The notes beneath the pieces were generated by a model, which was given only the letters and a program-made list of their open reading frames with translations, made no database searches and was not told where the DNA came from. The position numbers and the translations under genes were made by a program. Shown one piece after another: positions 45,196 to 54,788 of a stretch of DNA of 64,000 nt. Location of the stretch: contig CAWGVS010000007.1 of NCBI GenBank assembly GCA_963826115.1, positions 145,074-209,073 of the forward strand, in the 5' to 3' direction. Numbering within the stretch: position 1 is the first letter of the stretch; each line of letters begins with the position of its first letter. This DNA comes from an uncultured Candidatus Rokubacteria bacterium (GTDB lineage Bacteria > Methylomirabilota > Methylomirabilia > Rokubacteriales > DASRDR01).

Positions 45196-46602
45196 ATGCG
45201 AGCGGACGGGTGCGGATGTCGACGGCGGCCGGCCGCGGGCCGGGCGGCCTTCGGGCTCGGGCTGGCGCTCGCCCTCGTGCTCGCCGGCTACGGCGCACCG
45301 GGACCGGCTCTCGCCCAGCGGGTGGACCGCGACCGCGAGCTCCGCCCGCTCTACGACCCGCTCCTCGGGATGGAGGAGAGCGGGCGCATCCCCAAGGTCC
45401 CCCTCCCCTCGGACCTGCCCAACCCCGAGCGCTGGCGCTACATCCCCGAGGGCCGGATCATGCCGGGGAACGTCTTCCAGCGCCTGCTCGTGTCGAGCTT
45501 CATCACGCCGCAGATCTTCTTCAGCGAGGACGTCGGGCTCGGCGGCGGCATCGCCATCACCGACATCGACTTCCGCGAGCAGCGCCGGCGGGAGTTCCTG
45601 GGCGCGTTCGTCACGTACACGAGCGAGGGACAGGAGCGGTACCGGCTCGTCTGGCGGCGCTGGCTCCACCAGCGCGAGATCCCGGACGGCGGCGTCGCCA
45701 TCGAGGAGCGGAGCTTCCTCGGCGTCGCCGGCGGCTACCAGCGGACGCTGACGCGGCGCTTCTTCGGCCTCGGACCGGACACCAAGGAGAGCGCGGAGTC
45801 GAGCTACACGGATGAGGTCACCGACGTGGGCCTCCGCGCGGACCTCGCCCTCCCGGGGCCCGGGAGCGAGTGGATCGGCACCTTCGGCCTGCGGGGCGAG
45901 CACCACAACCTGGCCCGCGGCCACGTCTCCGGCGTGCCCAGCACCGACGCCGCATTCCCCGCGGAGTTCACCACGGGGGACGGCGAGAGCCAGATGTTCG
46001 TGGCGGCGGGTCTCCGCTACGACACGCGCGACAGCCAGCATCAGCCCTACCGCGGCTGGCGCGTGGGCGTGGTCGCCGACGCGGCGCCGTGGCAGAGCGA
46101 CGGCAGCATGGGCGCGGTCTTCACGGGCTACGGCAACGTCGTCATCCCGGTGCCCCCGCTCTTCCACTCCGGCGGCGATCCCGGCGAGGAGAACCCGCCC
46201 ACCGACACGGTGGCGCTCGGATTCGAGGTCGACACGACCGTCGGGGACCTCCCCTTCTACGCCTTGCCGAGTCTCGGCGGGGGAAGCACGCTGCGCGGGT
46301 ACATCGCCAACCGCTTCACCGACAACTCGGCGTGGCACGCGGTCGCGGAGTACCGCTTCTGGGTGATCCCGCGCGGGTTCCGGCTGACCCGCACGATCCG
46401 AATCGAGCGCGTCGGTCTCGCCCTGTTCGGCGAGCTCGGCACGGTGGCGCCCAGCCTGGGCGACCTGCCCGAGGCGAAGATCCACGCGAGCTACGGCGTG
46501 GGGGTCCGCGTCTCCCTGGAGCGGCTGGCCGTCTTTCGCGCGGACATGGGCTTCTCCGACGAGGGCATGAACCTCACCATCGCGTTCGGGCTCAGCTTCT
46601 GA
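45196..46602 (+). CDS. Omp85/BamA-TamA family outer-membrane beta-barrel, no evident POTRA domains
   Basis: Signal peptide; RFFGLG, LRYDTRD, LGGGSTLRGY, SYGVGVR, terminal Phe. Confidence 0.8.
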   Translation: MRADGCGCRRRPAAGRAAFGLGLALALVLAGYGAPGPALAQRVDRDRELRPLYDPLLGMEESGRIPKVPLPSDLPNPERWRYIPEGRIMPGNVFQRLLVSSFITPQIFFSEDVGLGGGIAITDIDFREQRRREFLGAFVTYTSEGQERYRLVWRRWLHQREIPDGGVAIEERSFLGVAGGYQRTLTRRFFGLGPDTKESAESSYTDEVTDVGLRADLALPGPGSEWIGTFGLRGEHHNLARGHVSGVPSTDAAFPAEFTTGDGESQMFVAAGLRYDTRDSQHQPYRGWRVGVVADAAPWQSDGSMGAVFTGYGNVVIPVPPLFHSGGDPGEENPPTDTVALGFEVDTTVGDLPFYALPSLGGGSTLRGYIANRFTDNSAWHAVAEYRFWVIPRGFRLTRTIRIERVGLALFGELGTVAPSLGDLPEAKIHASYGVGVRVSLERLAVFRADMGFSDEGMNLTIAFGLSF

Positions 46603-46685
46603 CCGCCCGGCCGGGTGCGGCCGGCCCGGCCCGGAGGCCCCGTACCCCCCCAGGGACCGTTCTGCTACCCTAGGCCCCGCCGCAC

Positions 46686-47090
46686 ATGGCTATGCCTCCT
46701 CCGTCTGCCGATCGCGCCATGGAGCTGTCGAGCACCCGACACGGCGATGCCGTGGTGCTGAGCCCTCAGGGTCGCATCGACCACGCCAGCGCCGACACGT
46801 TCAAGACCGCCCTCGCGCCCCACCTCGCCCAGTCCGGGCCCGGGCACCCTCTGGTGCTGGACCTCGGCAAGGTGGACTACATCTCGAGCGTGGGGCTCCG
46901 GGTCCTCATGCTCGCCTCCCGGCAGACCCGCGCCCAGGGCGGGACCATCGCGGTCGCGGCGCTGGGCCCGCTCGTCCGGGAGATCTTCGAGATCAGCAAG
47001 TTCACCCTGGTGTTCCCCTGCTTTCCGACCGTCGAGGAAGCGCTGGCGGACCTGGCCAAGCGGGCGGGGCCCGGCGCCGGCGCGCGGTGA
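46686..47090 (+). CDS. STAS anti-anti-sigma factor (RsbV/SpoIIAA-like); alternative start at 46719
   Basis: GRIDH, LDLGKVDYISSVGLRVL, VREIFEIS. Confidence 0.92.
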   Translation: MAMPPPSADRAMELSSTRHGDAVVLSPQGRIDHASADTFKTALAPHLAQSGPGHPLVLDLGKVDYISSVGLRVLMLASRQTRAQGGTIAVAALGPLVREIFEISKFTLVFPCFPTVEEALADLAKRAGPGAGAR

Positions 47091-47135
47091 CGCCGCGAGC
47101 CCGCCGCGCGCGGGCCGGATTCCGGGGGTGAGCGC

Positions 47136-48095
47136 ATGCTGATCCGCTTCTGGGGCACGCGAGGCTCGCTCCCGGCGCCGCTCGGCACGGCGGCGCTCCG
47201 CCGGAAGCTCGCGCGGGCCGTCAAGGGCGCCGCCGGCCGGCGGCTCGACACCGACGAGGCGATCCAGCGCTACATCGAGGAAGACCTCGACTTCGCGACC
47301 ACGCACACGTTCGGGGGCAACACCGCCTGCGTCCAGATCGACGTGGGCGGTCCGGAGCACGTGTTCTGCGACCTCGGCTCCGGGGCGCGGGAGCTCGGGC
47401 TGGCGGCGATGGCCAGGTACCGCCCGGGTGTGGCGCAGGTGTTCCACGTGTTCCTGTCGCACCTCCACTGGGACCACATCCAGGGCTTTCCGTTCTTCGT
47501 GCCGGCGTACATCCCGGGCAACCGCATCGTCGTGCACGGCTGCCACGAGGGGCTGGAGGAAGGGTTCCGCCGCCAGCACGGCGCGCCGAGCTTCCCCGTC
47601 GACTTCTCCCAGCTCCCCTCGCGGATCGAGTTCGACCGCCTGACGCCGGGGACGACGACCGAGGTCGCCGGGCTCACCGTCCGCGCGATGCGGCAGTTCC
47701 ACTCCGGGGACTCCTACGCGTACCGCTTCGAGCGGGACGGCAAGTCGGTCGTCTACTCGACGGACTCGGAGCACAAGCTCGACGATCCCGCGAGCGCGCG
47801 GCCGTTCACGGACTTCTTCCGCGACGCCGACCTCGTGATCTTCGACGCGATGTACTCCTTGGCGGACGCCTTCTCCATCAAGGAGGACTGGGGACACTCC
47901 AGCAATATCGTGGGTGTCGAGCTGTGCCAGATGGCCGGCGTGCGGCACCTGTGCCTCTTCCACCACGAGCCCGCGTACGACGACGAGAAGCTCACGGCCA
48001 TCTGGCGGGAGACCGAGCGGCTGGAGGAGCTGACCCGCGGGGCGCGACCCCTTCGCGTCACGGCCGCCTACGACGGCCTCGAGCTCCGCATCTGA
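47136..48095 (+). CDS. Metallo-beta-lactamase fold hydrolase (phosphodiesterase-like)
   Basis: IRFWGTRGSLP, GGNTAC, SHLHWDHIQG, TDSEH, WGHS, FHHEP. Confidence 0.9.
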   Translation: MLIRFWGTRGSLPAPLGTAALRRKLARAVKGAAGRRLDTDEAIQRYIEEDLDFATTHTFGGNTACVQIDVGGPEHVFCDLGSGARELGLAAMARYRPGVAQVFHVFLSHLHWDHIQGFPFFVPAYIPGNRIVVHGCHEGLEEGFRRQHGAPSFPVDFSQLPSRIEFDRLTPGTTTEVAGLTVRAMRQFHSGDSYAYRFERDGKSVVYSTDSEHKLDDPASARPFTDFFRDADLVIFDAMYSLADAFSIKEDWGHSSNIVGVELCQMAGVRHLCLFHHEPAYDDEKLTAIWRETERLEELTRGARPLRVTAAYDGLELRI

Positions 48096-48193
48096 CCGCC
48101 GAGGAGTCCCGTCCCGCGCGCGTCGCTGACGCCGCGCCTGCCGACGGGACCGGGGCGGCTCCGGAGGGGCGCGCGGGCTCCTGGGCGCGCGTC

Positions 48194-50317
48194 ATGCGCG
48201 TCGCGGGGAGCGCCGGTCGCTCGGTCGGCGCGCTGACCCTCGTGGCCGTCACCGCGGTCCTCGTCGCCTGGGGACCCGAGGCCCGGCTCCGCGCGCTCTG
48301 GTTCGACACCTGCCAGCGGCTCGCGCCGCGGGTTCGGGCCTCGGGCCCCGCGGTCATCGTGGCCGTGGACGAGCCGAGTCTCGCCCGCTACGGGCAGTGG
48401 CCGTGGCCGCGCCAGCTCCTGGCGCGGCTCGTCGATCGGATCCGCGCCGCCGACCCCGCGGCCGTCGGCCTGAACCTCCTGTTCCCCGAAGCCGACGGGT
48501 TCTCCGGGACGACCCTCGCCAGCCGGCTGCCGGGCCTCGCGGCTCGCACCGCGGCGTGGGTCGCGTCGGTGCCAGACGGCGACCAGACCCTCGGCCAGGC
48601 GCTCGCGGCCGCGCCGAGCGTGATCGGGCTCGCCGGTCTCGACGGTCCCGCCGCGATGGCCCTCCGGGGCCACTTCACGCCCGCGGTCGTCCGCGGCGAC
48701 ACGCCGGCGGAGCGGGTCCGGCGCTACCGCGCCGTGCTCCGCAGCGTGCCCGAGGTCGACGGCGGGGCCGCGGGGCATGCGCTCCTCAGCGCGGACGTCG
48801 CGACCGGCGTCGTGCGACGACTCCCCCTCGTGGCCGCGGTCGGTGACACGCTGGTCCCCGGGCTCGCCGTGGAGGTGCTGCGCGTGGCGGCGGGCGCGCC
48901 GGCGTTCTCCGTGTGGAGCGACGGCGGCGGCGTGCGCGCGGTCGGCGTCGGCGACGTGTTCGTCCCGTCGGAGCCCGACGGGACGATGTGGATCCACTTC
49001 ACGCCGCACGACGGCGCGCGGTTCATCTCCGCCGGCGCGGTGCTGGCCGGCGAGGTCGCGCCGGAACGGCTCGAGCGGAAGCTCGTGCTCGTGGGCGTGA
49101 CGGCGCTCGGTCTCGGGGACCAGCACGTCACCCCGCTCGGGGAGCGCCAGCCGGGCGTCGAGGTCCACGCGCAGGCGCTCGAGAACATCTTCGACGGCCG
49201 CGTCCTCGTGCGGCCCCGCTGGGCGGAGTGGGCCGAGGCCGCGGCGCTCGTCGTGGCGGGCGCGCTGGTCGTCTGGCTCACGCCGGTCGTGGGGATGCTG
49301 CGAGCGGCGCTCCTGGCCCTCGGGCTCGGCGCGGCACTGCTCGGCGGGAGCTTCGCCGCTTACCGGGAGCTCGGACGGCTGTTCGACGGCCTCACGCCCG
49401 CGCTCGGGCTCGGCATGGTCTACACGGCGACCCTCGGCGGCGCCCTGGCCGAGGCCGACCGCCAGCGGCGCGCGCTCCGACAGCGGCTCCAGGAGGAGCG
49501 CGAGGCCGCCGCTCGGCTCGCGGGCGAGCTCGAGGCCGCCCGCCGCATCCAACTCGGGCTCCTCCCCCGCCCGGAGAGCGCCTTCCCCGGCGAGGCCCGC
49601 TTTCGGGTGGCCGCCGTCATGGAGCCGGCCCGCGTCGTGGGAGGCGACCTCTTCGACTTCTTCCTCCTCGACGGCGACCGGCTCCTGTTCCTGGTCGGCG
49701 ACGTCTCGGGGAAGGGCCTCCCGGCGAGCCTGTTCATGGCCGCCACGAAGGCCTTCTATCGGAGCATCGCGACCCGGCACGCGGCCGAGCTGGCGCGCAC
49801 GATGCGCGAGACCAACACGGAAATTGGCCGCGACAACCCGGAGGCGTTCTTCGTGACGCTCGCCGCCGCCGTGCTCGACGTGAACACCGGCCAGCTATGG
49901 CACTCGAGCGCGGGCCACGAGGCGCCCTGGATCCTGCGGTCCGAGACCCGCGAGACCCTGCGGCTCGAAGGCGCGTCCGGGCCGCCCCTCTGCGTGCTCG
50001 ACGACTTCGTCTACGAGACCGCCATGACGCTGCTCCGCCCGGGCGACACGGTCCTCATGGTCACGGACGGCGTGACCGAGGCGCTGGATCCCGGAGGGCA
50101 GCTCTTCGGCACCGCCCGCGTCACGGCCCTCGCCGTCGAGGCCGCGCGAACGCCGGCCAGCAGCGAGCCGGCCCGCCTGGTCGCCGATCTAGTGGCGGCG
50201 CTGCGGCGCTTCCGGGAGCCCTACGAGCCGGCCGACGACATGACGCTGCTGGCCGTCCAGTGGCTCGGTCCGGGCGACGCCCCCGGGTCCGCGGACCCGG
50301 GGGTCAGCGCACCGTGA
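48194..50317 (+). CDS. CHASE2 sensor with 3 TM segments and PP2C/SpoIIE (RsbU-like) phosphatase; start uncertain
   Basis: VAVDEPSLARYGQWPWPR, GVVRRLP, PGVEVHAQ; ARRIQ, VGGDLFD, GDVSGKG, TDGVTEA, DDMT. Confidence 0.92.
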   Translation: MRVAGSAGRSVGALTLVAVTAVLVAWGPEARLRALWFDTCQRLAPRVRASGPAVIVAVDEPSLARYGQWPWPRQLLARLVDRIRAADPAAVGLNLLFPEADGFSGTTLASRLPGLAARTAAWVASVPDGDQTLGQALAAAPSVIGLAGLDGPAAMALRGHFTPAVVRGDTPAERVRRYRAVLRSVPEVDGGAAGHALLSADVATGVVRRLPLVAAVGDTLVPGLAVEVLRVAAGAPAFSVWSDGGGVRAVGVGDVFVPSEPDGTMWIHFTPHDGARFISAGAVLAGEVAPERLERKLVLVGVTALGLGDQHVTPLGERQPGVEVHAQALENIFDGRVLVRPRWAEWAEAAALVVAGALVVWLTPVVGMLRAALLALGLGAALLGGSFAAYRELGRLFDGLTPALGLGMVYTATLGGALAEADRQRRALRQRLQEEREAAARLAGELEAARRIQLGLLPRPESAFPGEARFRVAAVMEPARVVGGDLFDFFLLDGDRLLFLVGDVSGKGLPASLFMAATKAFYRSIATRHAAELARTMRETNTEIGRDNPEAFFVTLAAAVLDVNTGQLWHSSAGHEAPWILRSETRETLRLEGASGPPLCVLDDFVYETAMTLLRPGDTVLMVTDGVTEALDPGGQLFGTARVTALAVEAARTPASSEPARLVADLVAALRRFREPYEPADDMTLLAVQWLGPGDAPGSADPGVSAP

Positions 50318-50963
50318 TCTCGACCCGCCGGTTCCGCGGCTCCGCCACCCCGTCCGGCGTGGCGACCCGGGGCTCGCGCTTGCCGCGACCGATGGCGCGG
50401 ACGCTGTCGGGCGCGATCCCGCGCGCGATCAGGAGCGCCCGCACGCGCTCCGCGCGGCGGAGCGACAGCGCGTCGTTGTACGGGTCGGTGCCGACGGCGT
50501 CGGTGTGGCCCGCGACGGTCAGCTCCGGCGCCGGCCGCGAGGCGATCGCCAGCAGGACCTGGTCCACCAACGCCTGCGACTCCGGCGTGAACTGGTCGGT
50601 CGCCTCCACGAAGTAGAGGATGAACGTGACGGGACGGGGTGGCTCGGCCGCGAGCGCGTCGGCGAACAGAGCGCGGACCTCGTCCGGCGTCGCCTGGCCC
50701 TTCTCGATCCGGCCTCCGGGACCGGTCTTGGCGCTCGCGTACGCGGTGTCGAGCACCACCTCGCGCCCGCCCTCCTGCACGGCGACGGCGCCCACTGCCC
50801 CGTCCTTGCCCGGCAGGAGCACGACGACGTCGGCGCGCGTGGCCGCCGCCGGCGGCGGGGGGGGCGCGGGAGCCGGCGCGGCGCAGGCGCCGGCAAGCGC
50901 GCCGGCCAGGAGAAGGCCGGGGAGGAGGCGCCGGCCGCCGTTACGGCGAGGCGTCGCTCGCAC
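50304..50963 (-). CDS. OmpA-family peptidoglycan-binding lipoprotein
   Basis: Lipobox LAGAC; AGHTDAVG, NDALSLRRA, NRRVEI. Confidence 0.92.
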   Translation of the reverse strand: MRATPRRNGGRRLLPGLLLAGALAGACAAPAPAPPPPPAAATRADVVVLLPGKDGAVGAVAVQEGGREVVLDTAYASAKTGPGGRIEKGQATPDEVRALFADALAAEPPRPVTFILYFVEATDQFTPESQALVDQVLLAIASRPAPELTVAGHTDAVGTDPYNDALSLRRAERVRALLIARGIAPDSVRAIGRGKREPRVATPDGVAEPRNRRVEITVR

Positions 50964-51420
50964 GAACGACGAACTCCGTGCCGCGGACGCCGAGGATCGC
51001 CGACGGCGTCTTGACCCGCATCGCGTCGGGCGCCTGCTTGGCGATGCGCCCGGAGACGACCGCGAGGGTGCCCTTCGTCAGCGCAGCCTCGAGCGAGCCG
51101 GGCTGGTTGGGCTCGTACATGAAGCGCTCGATCTGGAGGACGCTGTTCGGACCCGCCGAGAGGAGCGTGTCGTCCGCGAGCGTGACGCCAACGGCCCCGT
51201 CCGGCCCCGTCACGAGCGTGTCCGCCTGCCGCACACCGGCGCCGACGAGCGCCAGCTCACGCCGCCCCTCGCGCTCGATGTAGACGGTGCCCTTCACGGT
51301 CTTCACCCGGCCCGCCGGGTCCTGCGCAAGCGCCGCGCCCGCCGTCAGGATGCCCGCCAGCGTCCCGGCGACCACCAGCCATCGCGCCGCCCGGGCGCTC
51401 ACCACGCTGTTCGTCCGCAT
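50941..51420 (-). CDS. Exported FecR-domain protein
   Basis: Signal peptide; DTLVTGPDG, DDTLLSAGPNS, TPSAILGVRGTEF. Confidence 0.88.
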   Translation of the reverse strand: MRTNSVVSARAARWLVVAGTLAGILTAGAALAQDPAGRVKTVKGTVYIEREGRRELALVGAGVRQADTLVTGPDGAVGVTLADDTLLSAGPNSVLQIERFMYEPNQPGSLEAALTKGTLAVVSGRIAKQAPDAMRVKTPSAILGVRGTEFVVRASDASP

Positions 51421-51578
51421 GCCCCTCGTCCTCCTCGCTGTTGGGCGCCCCGACATCGGGCGATCCGGCCGACCGCCGTCCGGACCGCTCCGGCGCCTCG
51501 TCTCGCCCCGGCGCTCGGGCCCCTGATCATACCCCGGGCGTGCCGCGGCCGGCCACCGGCCGTCGGGGGGGCCTGACG

Positions 51579-51992
51579 GTGCGGGTCGAGGGGGCCTTCC
51601 GGGGACAGCTCTCGAGCTTCGCGGAGGTGCGGGACCTCGCCGAGACCTTCGGGCCTGCGGCGGGCGTCGATCCGGCCACGACGCTTCGCGTGGTGCTGGT
51701 CCTGGAGGAGCTCTTCACCAACACGGTGACGCACGGCTATCCCGCGGGCGCCGACGGCCCCATCTGGCTGGCCCTGGTGAGCCACGGTGGCGCCGTCGAG
51801 GTGACGTACGAGGACGCCGCGCCGGCGTTCGATCCCCTCACCGCCGCCCCGGCCCCGCCGGACTTCTCGCGCGGACTCGCGGACCAGCTGCCGGGCGGGC
51901 TCGGCCTCGCCCTCGTCCGGGGCCTGACGACGGCCGCCCGCTACGCGCGAGTCGGCAACCGGAACCGCATCACGCTCACGGTTGCGCCCTGA
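51579..51992 (+). CDS. RsbW/SpoIIAB-like anti-sigma Ser kinase (HATPase_c_2)
   Basis: LEELFTNTVTHGY, EDAAPAFDP, GGLGLALV, NRITL. Confidence 0.9.
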   Translation: MRVEGAFRGQLSSFAEVRDLAETFGPAAGVDPATTLRVVLVLEELFTNTVTHGYPAGADGPIWLALVSHGGAVEVTYEDAAPAFDPLTAAPAPPDFSRGLADQLPGGLGLALVRGLTTAARYARVGNRNRITLTVAP

Positions 51993-52042
51993 GGGCTCCT
52001 CGACGCCCCGCGTCGTCGAGCGGAGCCCGCGGGCGCGGGCCG

Positions 52043-53122
52043 TCAGGGCCGCGCCTCGGCCCCCCGGAGACGCGCCTCCTCGGGCGCGGGATCCCAGTCG
52101 GTCGAGGCGGCCGGGCCCGTCGACGCGGCGGCGGTCATCCGCTCGAGGAGCCGCCCGTGGAGCGTGGCCGTCTTGGTCTGGCGCCAGCGGTCCCGTTCGG
52201 CGAGGACGGGATCGAGCGCCGCGCGCGCCGCGCCGAGGTCCGCGGCGCCGGCCCGCGCCTCGTCGATGACGCGGCGGTAGATGCGCGTCAGCTCGGCGAT
52301 GAGGGGCGCCGGATACTCGCGCCCCTGGATCTTGAGCGTGGTGACCCCGAGGGCGAGATAGCGCGGGACGTCCTCCAGCAGGGCGAAGATCTCGTTGTTC
52401 GAGCGTTCGAGGTAGTCGAGCACCTTGTCCGGGAACCGCGCGGCGATCGCCGGCTCGTGGGTCCCGAGGCACGGGCGATAGCAGCTCCCGCCCCGGTCCG
52501 GGTTCCCCACCAGCTTCGTGCGCGTGCAGCCGTCCGAGTCGTGCACGACCTCGGTCTCGAAGTACGGCTCGAAGTAGTCGTAGAGACGGCAGCCGCCCAC
52601 CCCGGTGACGCAGCGGTTGCTGTGGATGAGGAGCTCCACGCCGATCCCGACCTCGTCGGCCGTCCGCTTGAGCGCGGCGATGCGCTCGAAGGTGCTGAGC
52701 GCCGTCGACGCCACGAACTGCGTCGCGCCCGCCGCCTTCGCGCGCTCCATGGCGGCCCGGTCCCGGATGTTGCACGCCACGCTCGCGTGGATCGGCACCT
52801 CGGGAAAGCGGGCCCGCACGGCGGTCATCGCCTCGAAGGACTTCATGATGAAGCCGTCGACGCCCCAGGTGGCGTAGCCCTCGGCCTTCCGGAGGAGCTC
52901 GTCGTGGTCCCGCGGGTCCACGTCGACGTTGAGCGCGACGCGGAGCCTGGACCCGTGGTCGTGGGCCACCCGGTGCGCCTCGCCGACGTCCCGGTGCGGG
53001 AGCTCGTACTGGGACTCCCGCCGGCTCCAGCCGAGCGGCCCCACGTACACGGAGTCGGCGCCGGCGCGGACCGCCGCGCGCACCATCTCGAGACTGCCTC
53101 CTGGCGACAGGAGCTCGGTCAT
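52043..53122 (-). CDS. Peptidase U32 family Fe-S protein (UbiU/TrhP-like)
   Basis: ELLSPGGS, GADSVYVG, IHASV, CVTGVGGC, GSCYRPC, LKIQGR. Confidence 0.88.
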   Translation of the reverse strand: MTELLSPGGSLEMVRAAVRAGADSVYVGPLGWSRRESQYELPHRDVGEAHRVAHDHGSRLRVALNVDVDPRDHDELLRKAEGYATWGVDGFIMKSFEAMTAVRARFPEVPIHASVACNIRDRAAMERAKAAGATQFVASTALSTFERIAALKRTADEVGIGVELLIHSNRCVTGVGGCRLYDYFEPYFETEVVHDSDGCTRTKLVGNPDRGGSCYRPCLGTHEPAIAARFPDKVLDYLERSNNEIFALLEDVPRYLALGVTTLKIQGREYPAPLIAELTRIYRRVIDEARAGAADLGAARAALDPVLAERDRWRQTKTATLHGRLLERMTAAASTGPAASTDWDPAPEEARLRGAEARP

Positions 53123-53168
53123 CCCAGGTCTCCTTCTGCCGTGACCCCGAGGGCCGGCCTGGCCACCG

Positions 53169-54116
53169 CTAGCTGGCCGCGTCGGACGCGGCGGCGCCGA
53201 CCGCGGCGGCCCCGACGTACTCGAGGCCGCTCCGGCCGAACGCGAATCCGTTGCAGAACCCCGCGCGCGAGTGCGCCCGGAGGGGCGCCCACCACTCCGC
53301 CGCAAGCGCGGCGTCCCCGGCGAGCGCGCGCGCGAGGGCGTCCCGGTACACCCGCCCCACCTGGTACCGGTAGGCCGGCGTCTCGGAGACGGCCTCGATG
53401 CGAAAGTGCCGGTGCCCGTCGGACACGAGGCGCGGGAGGTGCTCGAGGAGGCACGCGTCGCGCCCGCTCAGCACTCCGGTCCCCACGGACTTCAGGACCC
53501 AGTCCTCGCGCGAGAGGAACACGTCCTGCTGGCAGAGCGCGGGGCAGCCCACGCCGAGCTCGGTCTCGCACCCGAGGAGCAAGCACGAGTCGGACACGCC
53601 GAGCGGGAGCTTCCCGTGCACGGTGACCTCGACGGGCACGCCCGCAGCCCGCGCGAGCTCGGCCACCTCGTCGAGCGGCAGCTCCGCGGGCGGCGCGAGC
53701 CGGGCGGCGCCCAGCGACCGGTACACGGCGGCGCCCGCGCTCGTGTACACGTTCGCGAAGACCCCGAGGTGGAGCCGGAGCTCGGGGTACTCGTCCCGCA
53801 CGAGCCGCGCGAGCCCGGGCCCGTGCACCTCGGCGGCGAGCGCGCCGGCCTCCCGCGCGGCGTCGAGGGCCCGGCGCACGCGGTCGACGTCCGGCGCGTG
53901 GGGCGCGGCGTACGTGGTCACGTAGGCGCGGCGCCCCTGGCCCCGGACCCGGCGGATCGCCTCGGCGAGCTCGGCCGGGCGCTCGAGGAGGTTCCCCTCG
54001 TAGCGCGCGCAGTAGAGGTTCCCCAGGTAGACCGCGTCGTACGGGTCGAGATCCGTTGCCCCGAGGTCGCGGAGGTTCGAGAGCGTCGTCGTGAGCTCGA
54101 ACGCGCCGGGTCGCAT
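53169..54116 (-). CDS. Peptidase U32 family protein (UbiV-like)
   Basis: DAVYLGNLYC, NVYT, HGKLPLGVSDSC, CPALC, FRIEA, FCNGF. Confidence 0.85.
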   Translation of the reverse strand: MRPGAFELTTTLSNLRDLGATDLDPYDAVYLGNLYCARYEGNLLERPAELAEAIRRVRGQGRRAYVTTYAAPHAPDVDRVRRALDAAREAGALAAEVHGPGLARLVRDEYPELRLHLGVFANVYTSAGAAVYRSLGAARLAPPAELPLDEVAELARAAGVPVEVTVHGKLPLGVSDSCLLLGCETELGVGCPALCQQDVFLSREDWVLKSVGTGVLSGRDACLLEHLPRLVSDGHRHFRIEAVSETPAYRYQVGRVYRDALARALAGDAALAAEWWAPLRAHSRAGFCNGFAFGRSGLEYVGAAAVGAAASDAAS

Positions 54117-54125
54117 CGCCTCGCC

Positions 54126-54788
54126 CTACCGGCCCACCACGGTCCACGCGACCGGCAGCTCGGGAGCGGGGCCCGCGTCGACCGCGCGCCCCGCCGCCGC
54201 GGCGTCGAGGGCGGCGCGGTACCGCGCCACGAGCGCGCCGAGCGGCTCGGCGGGCAAGCTTCGCCCCTGGAGCTTCAGGACCTCCACGCCGGCGGTCACG
54301 TATGCCGGGACGTCCGCGAGTCGGCTCAGCTGCCGCGCCGGGAACGCGCGCTCGGCGCGATGGCCGGCGCGATCCTCGAGCGTCCAGGGCTGCTGGCAGA
54401 CCTTGAAGCACGCGCCGACGCCGCCCCGCTTCATGCTGCCCGACTGCCGGCGATCGTCGGGCGCGCCGCCCGGCAAGGGCGTCGGGCGGAGCTGGAAGTA
54501 GCCCGGCATGGCGCAGCGGCCGAGCAGCACGAACTCCTCGACCATGTGCACCATCACCTCGACGGCGACGGGCGCCGCCGCGACGCAGGCGCGGGCCTCG
54601 TCGGGTCCGACCGTGGCCGGAAGCACGACGGCCGCCGCGCCGAGGTCGGCGAACGCCGCCACGTCGGCCGGGGTCTGGGCCCCGCACCCGATGCTGGCCG
54701 TCAGGCGGAGCGCGGGGTGCGCTCGGGCGAGCGTGACCAGGAGCCCGAGGTCGTTGACGATGAGGCTCCGAATCCCGAGATCGAGGGC
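54126..54788 (-). CDS. Third U32-family protein, N-terminus missing at the junction
   Basis: IVNDLGLL, TASIGCG, LGRCAM, GACFKVCQQPW, LKLQGRS; similarity stops near 54788. Confidence 0.8.
   Translation of the reverse strand, partial: ALDLGIRSLIVNDLGLLVTLARAHPALRLTASIGCGAQTPADVAAFADLGAAAVVLPATVGPDEARACVAAAPVAVEVMVHMVEEFVLLGRCAMPGYFQLRPTPLPGGAPDDRRQSGSMKRGGVGACFKVCQQPWTLEDRAGHRAERAFPARQLSRLADVPAYVTAGVEVLKLQGRSLPAEPLGALVARYRAALDAAAAGRAVDAGPAPELPVAWTVVGR

Noticed and set aside
46603-46640. GC-rich inverted repeat after the Omp85 gene
   Set aside because: Imperfect stem with no U tract; such CCGG-rich palindromes are expected by chance here.
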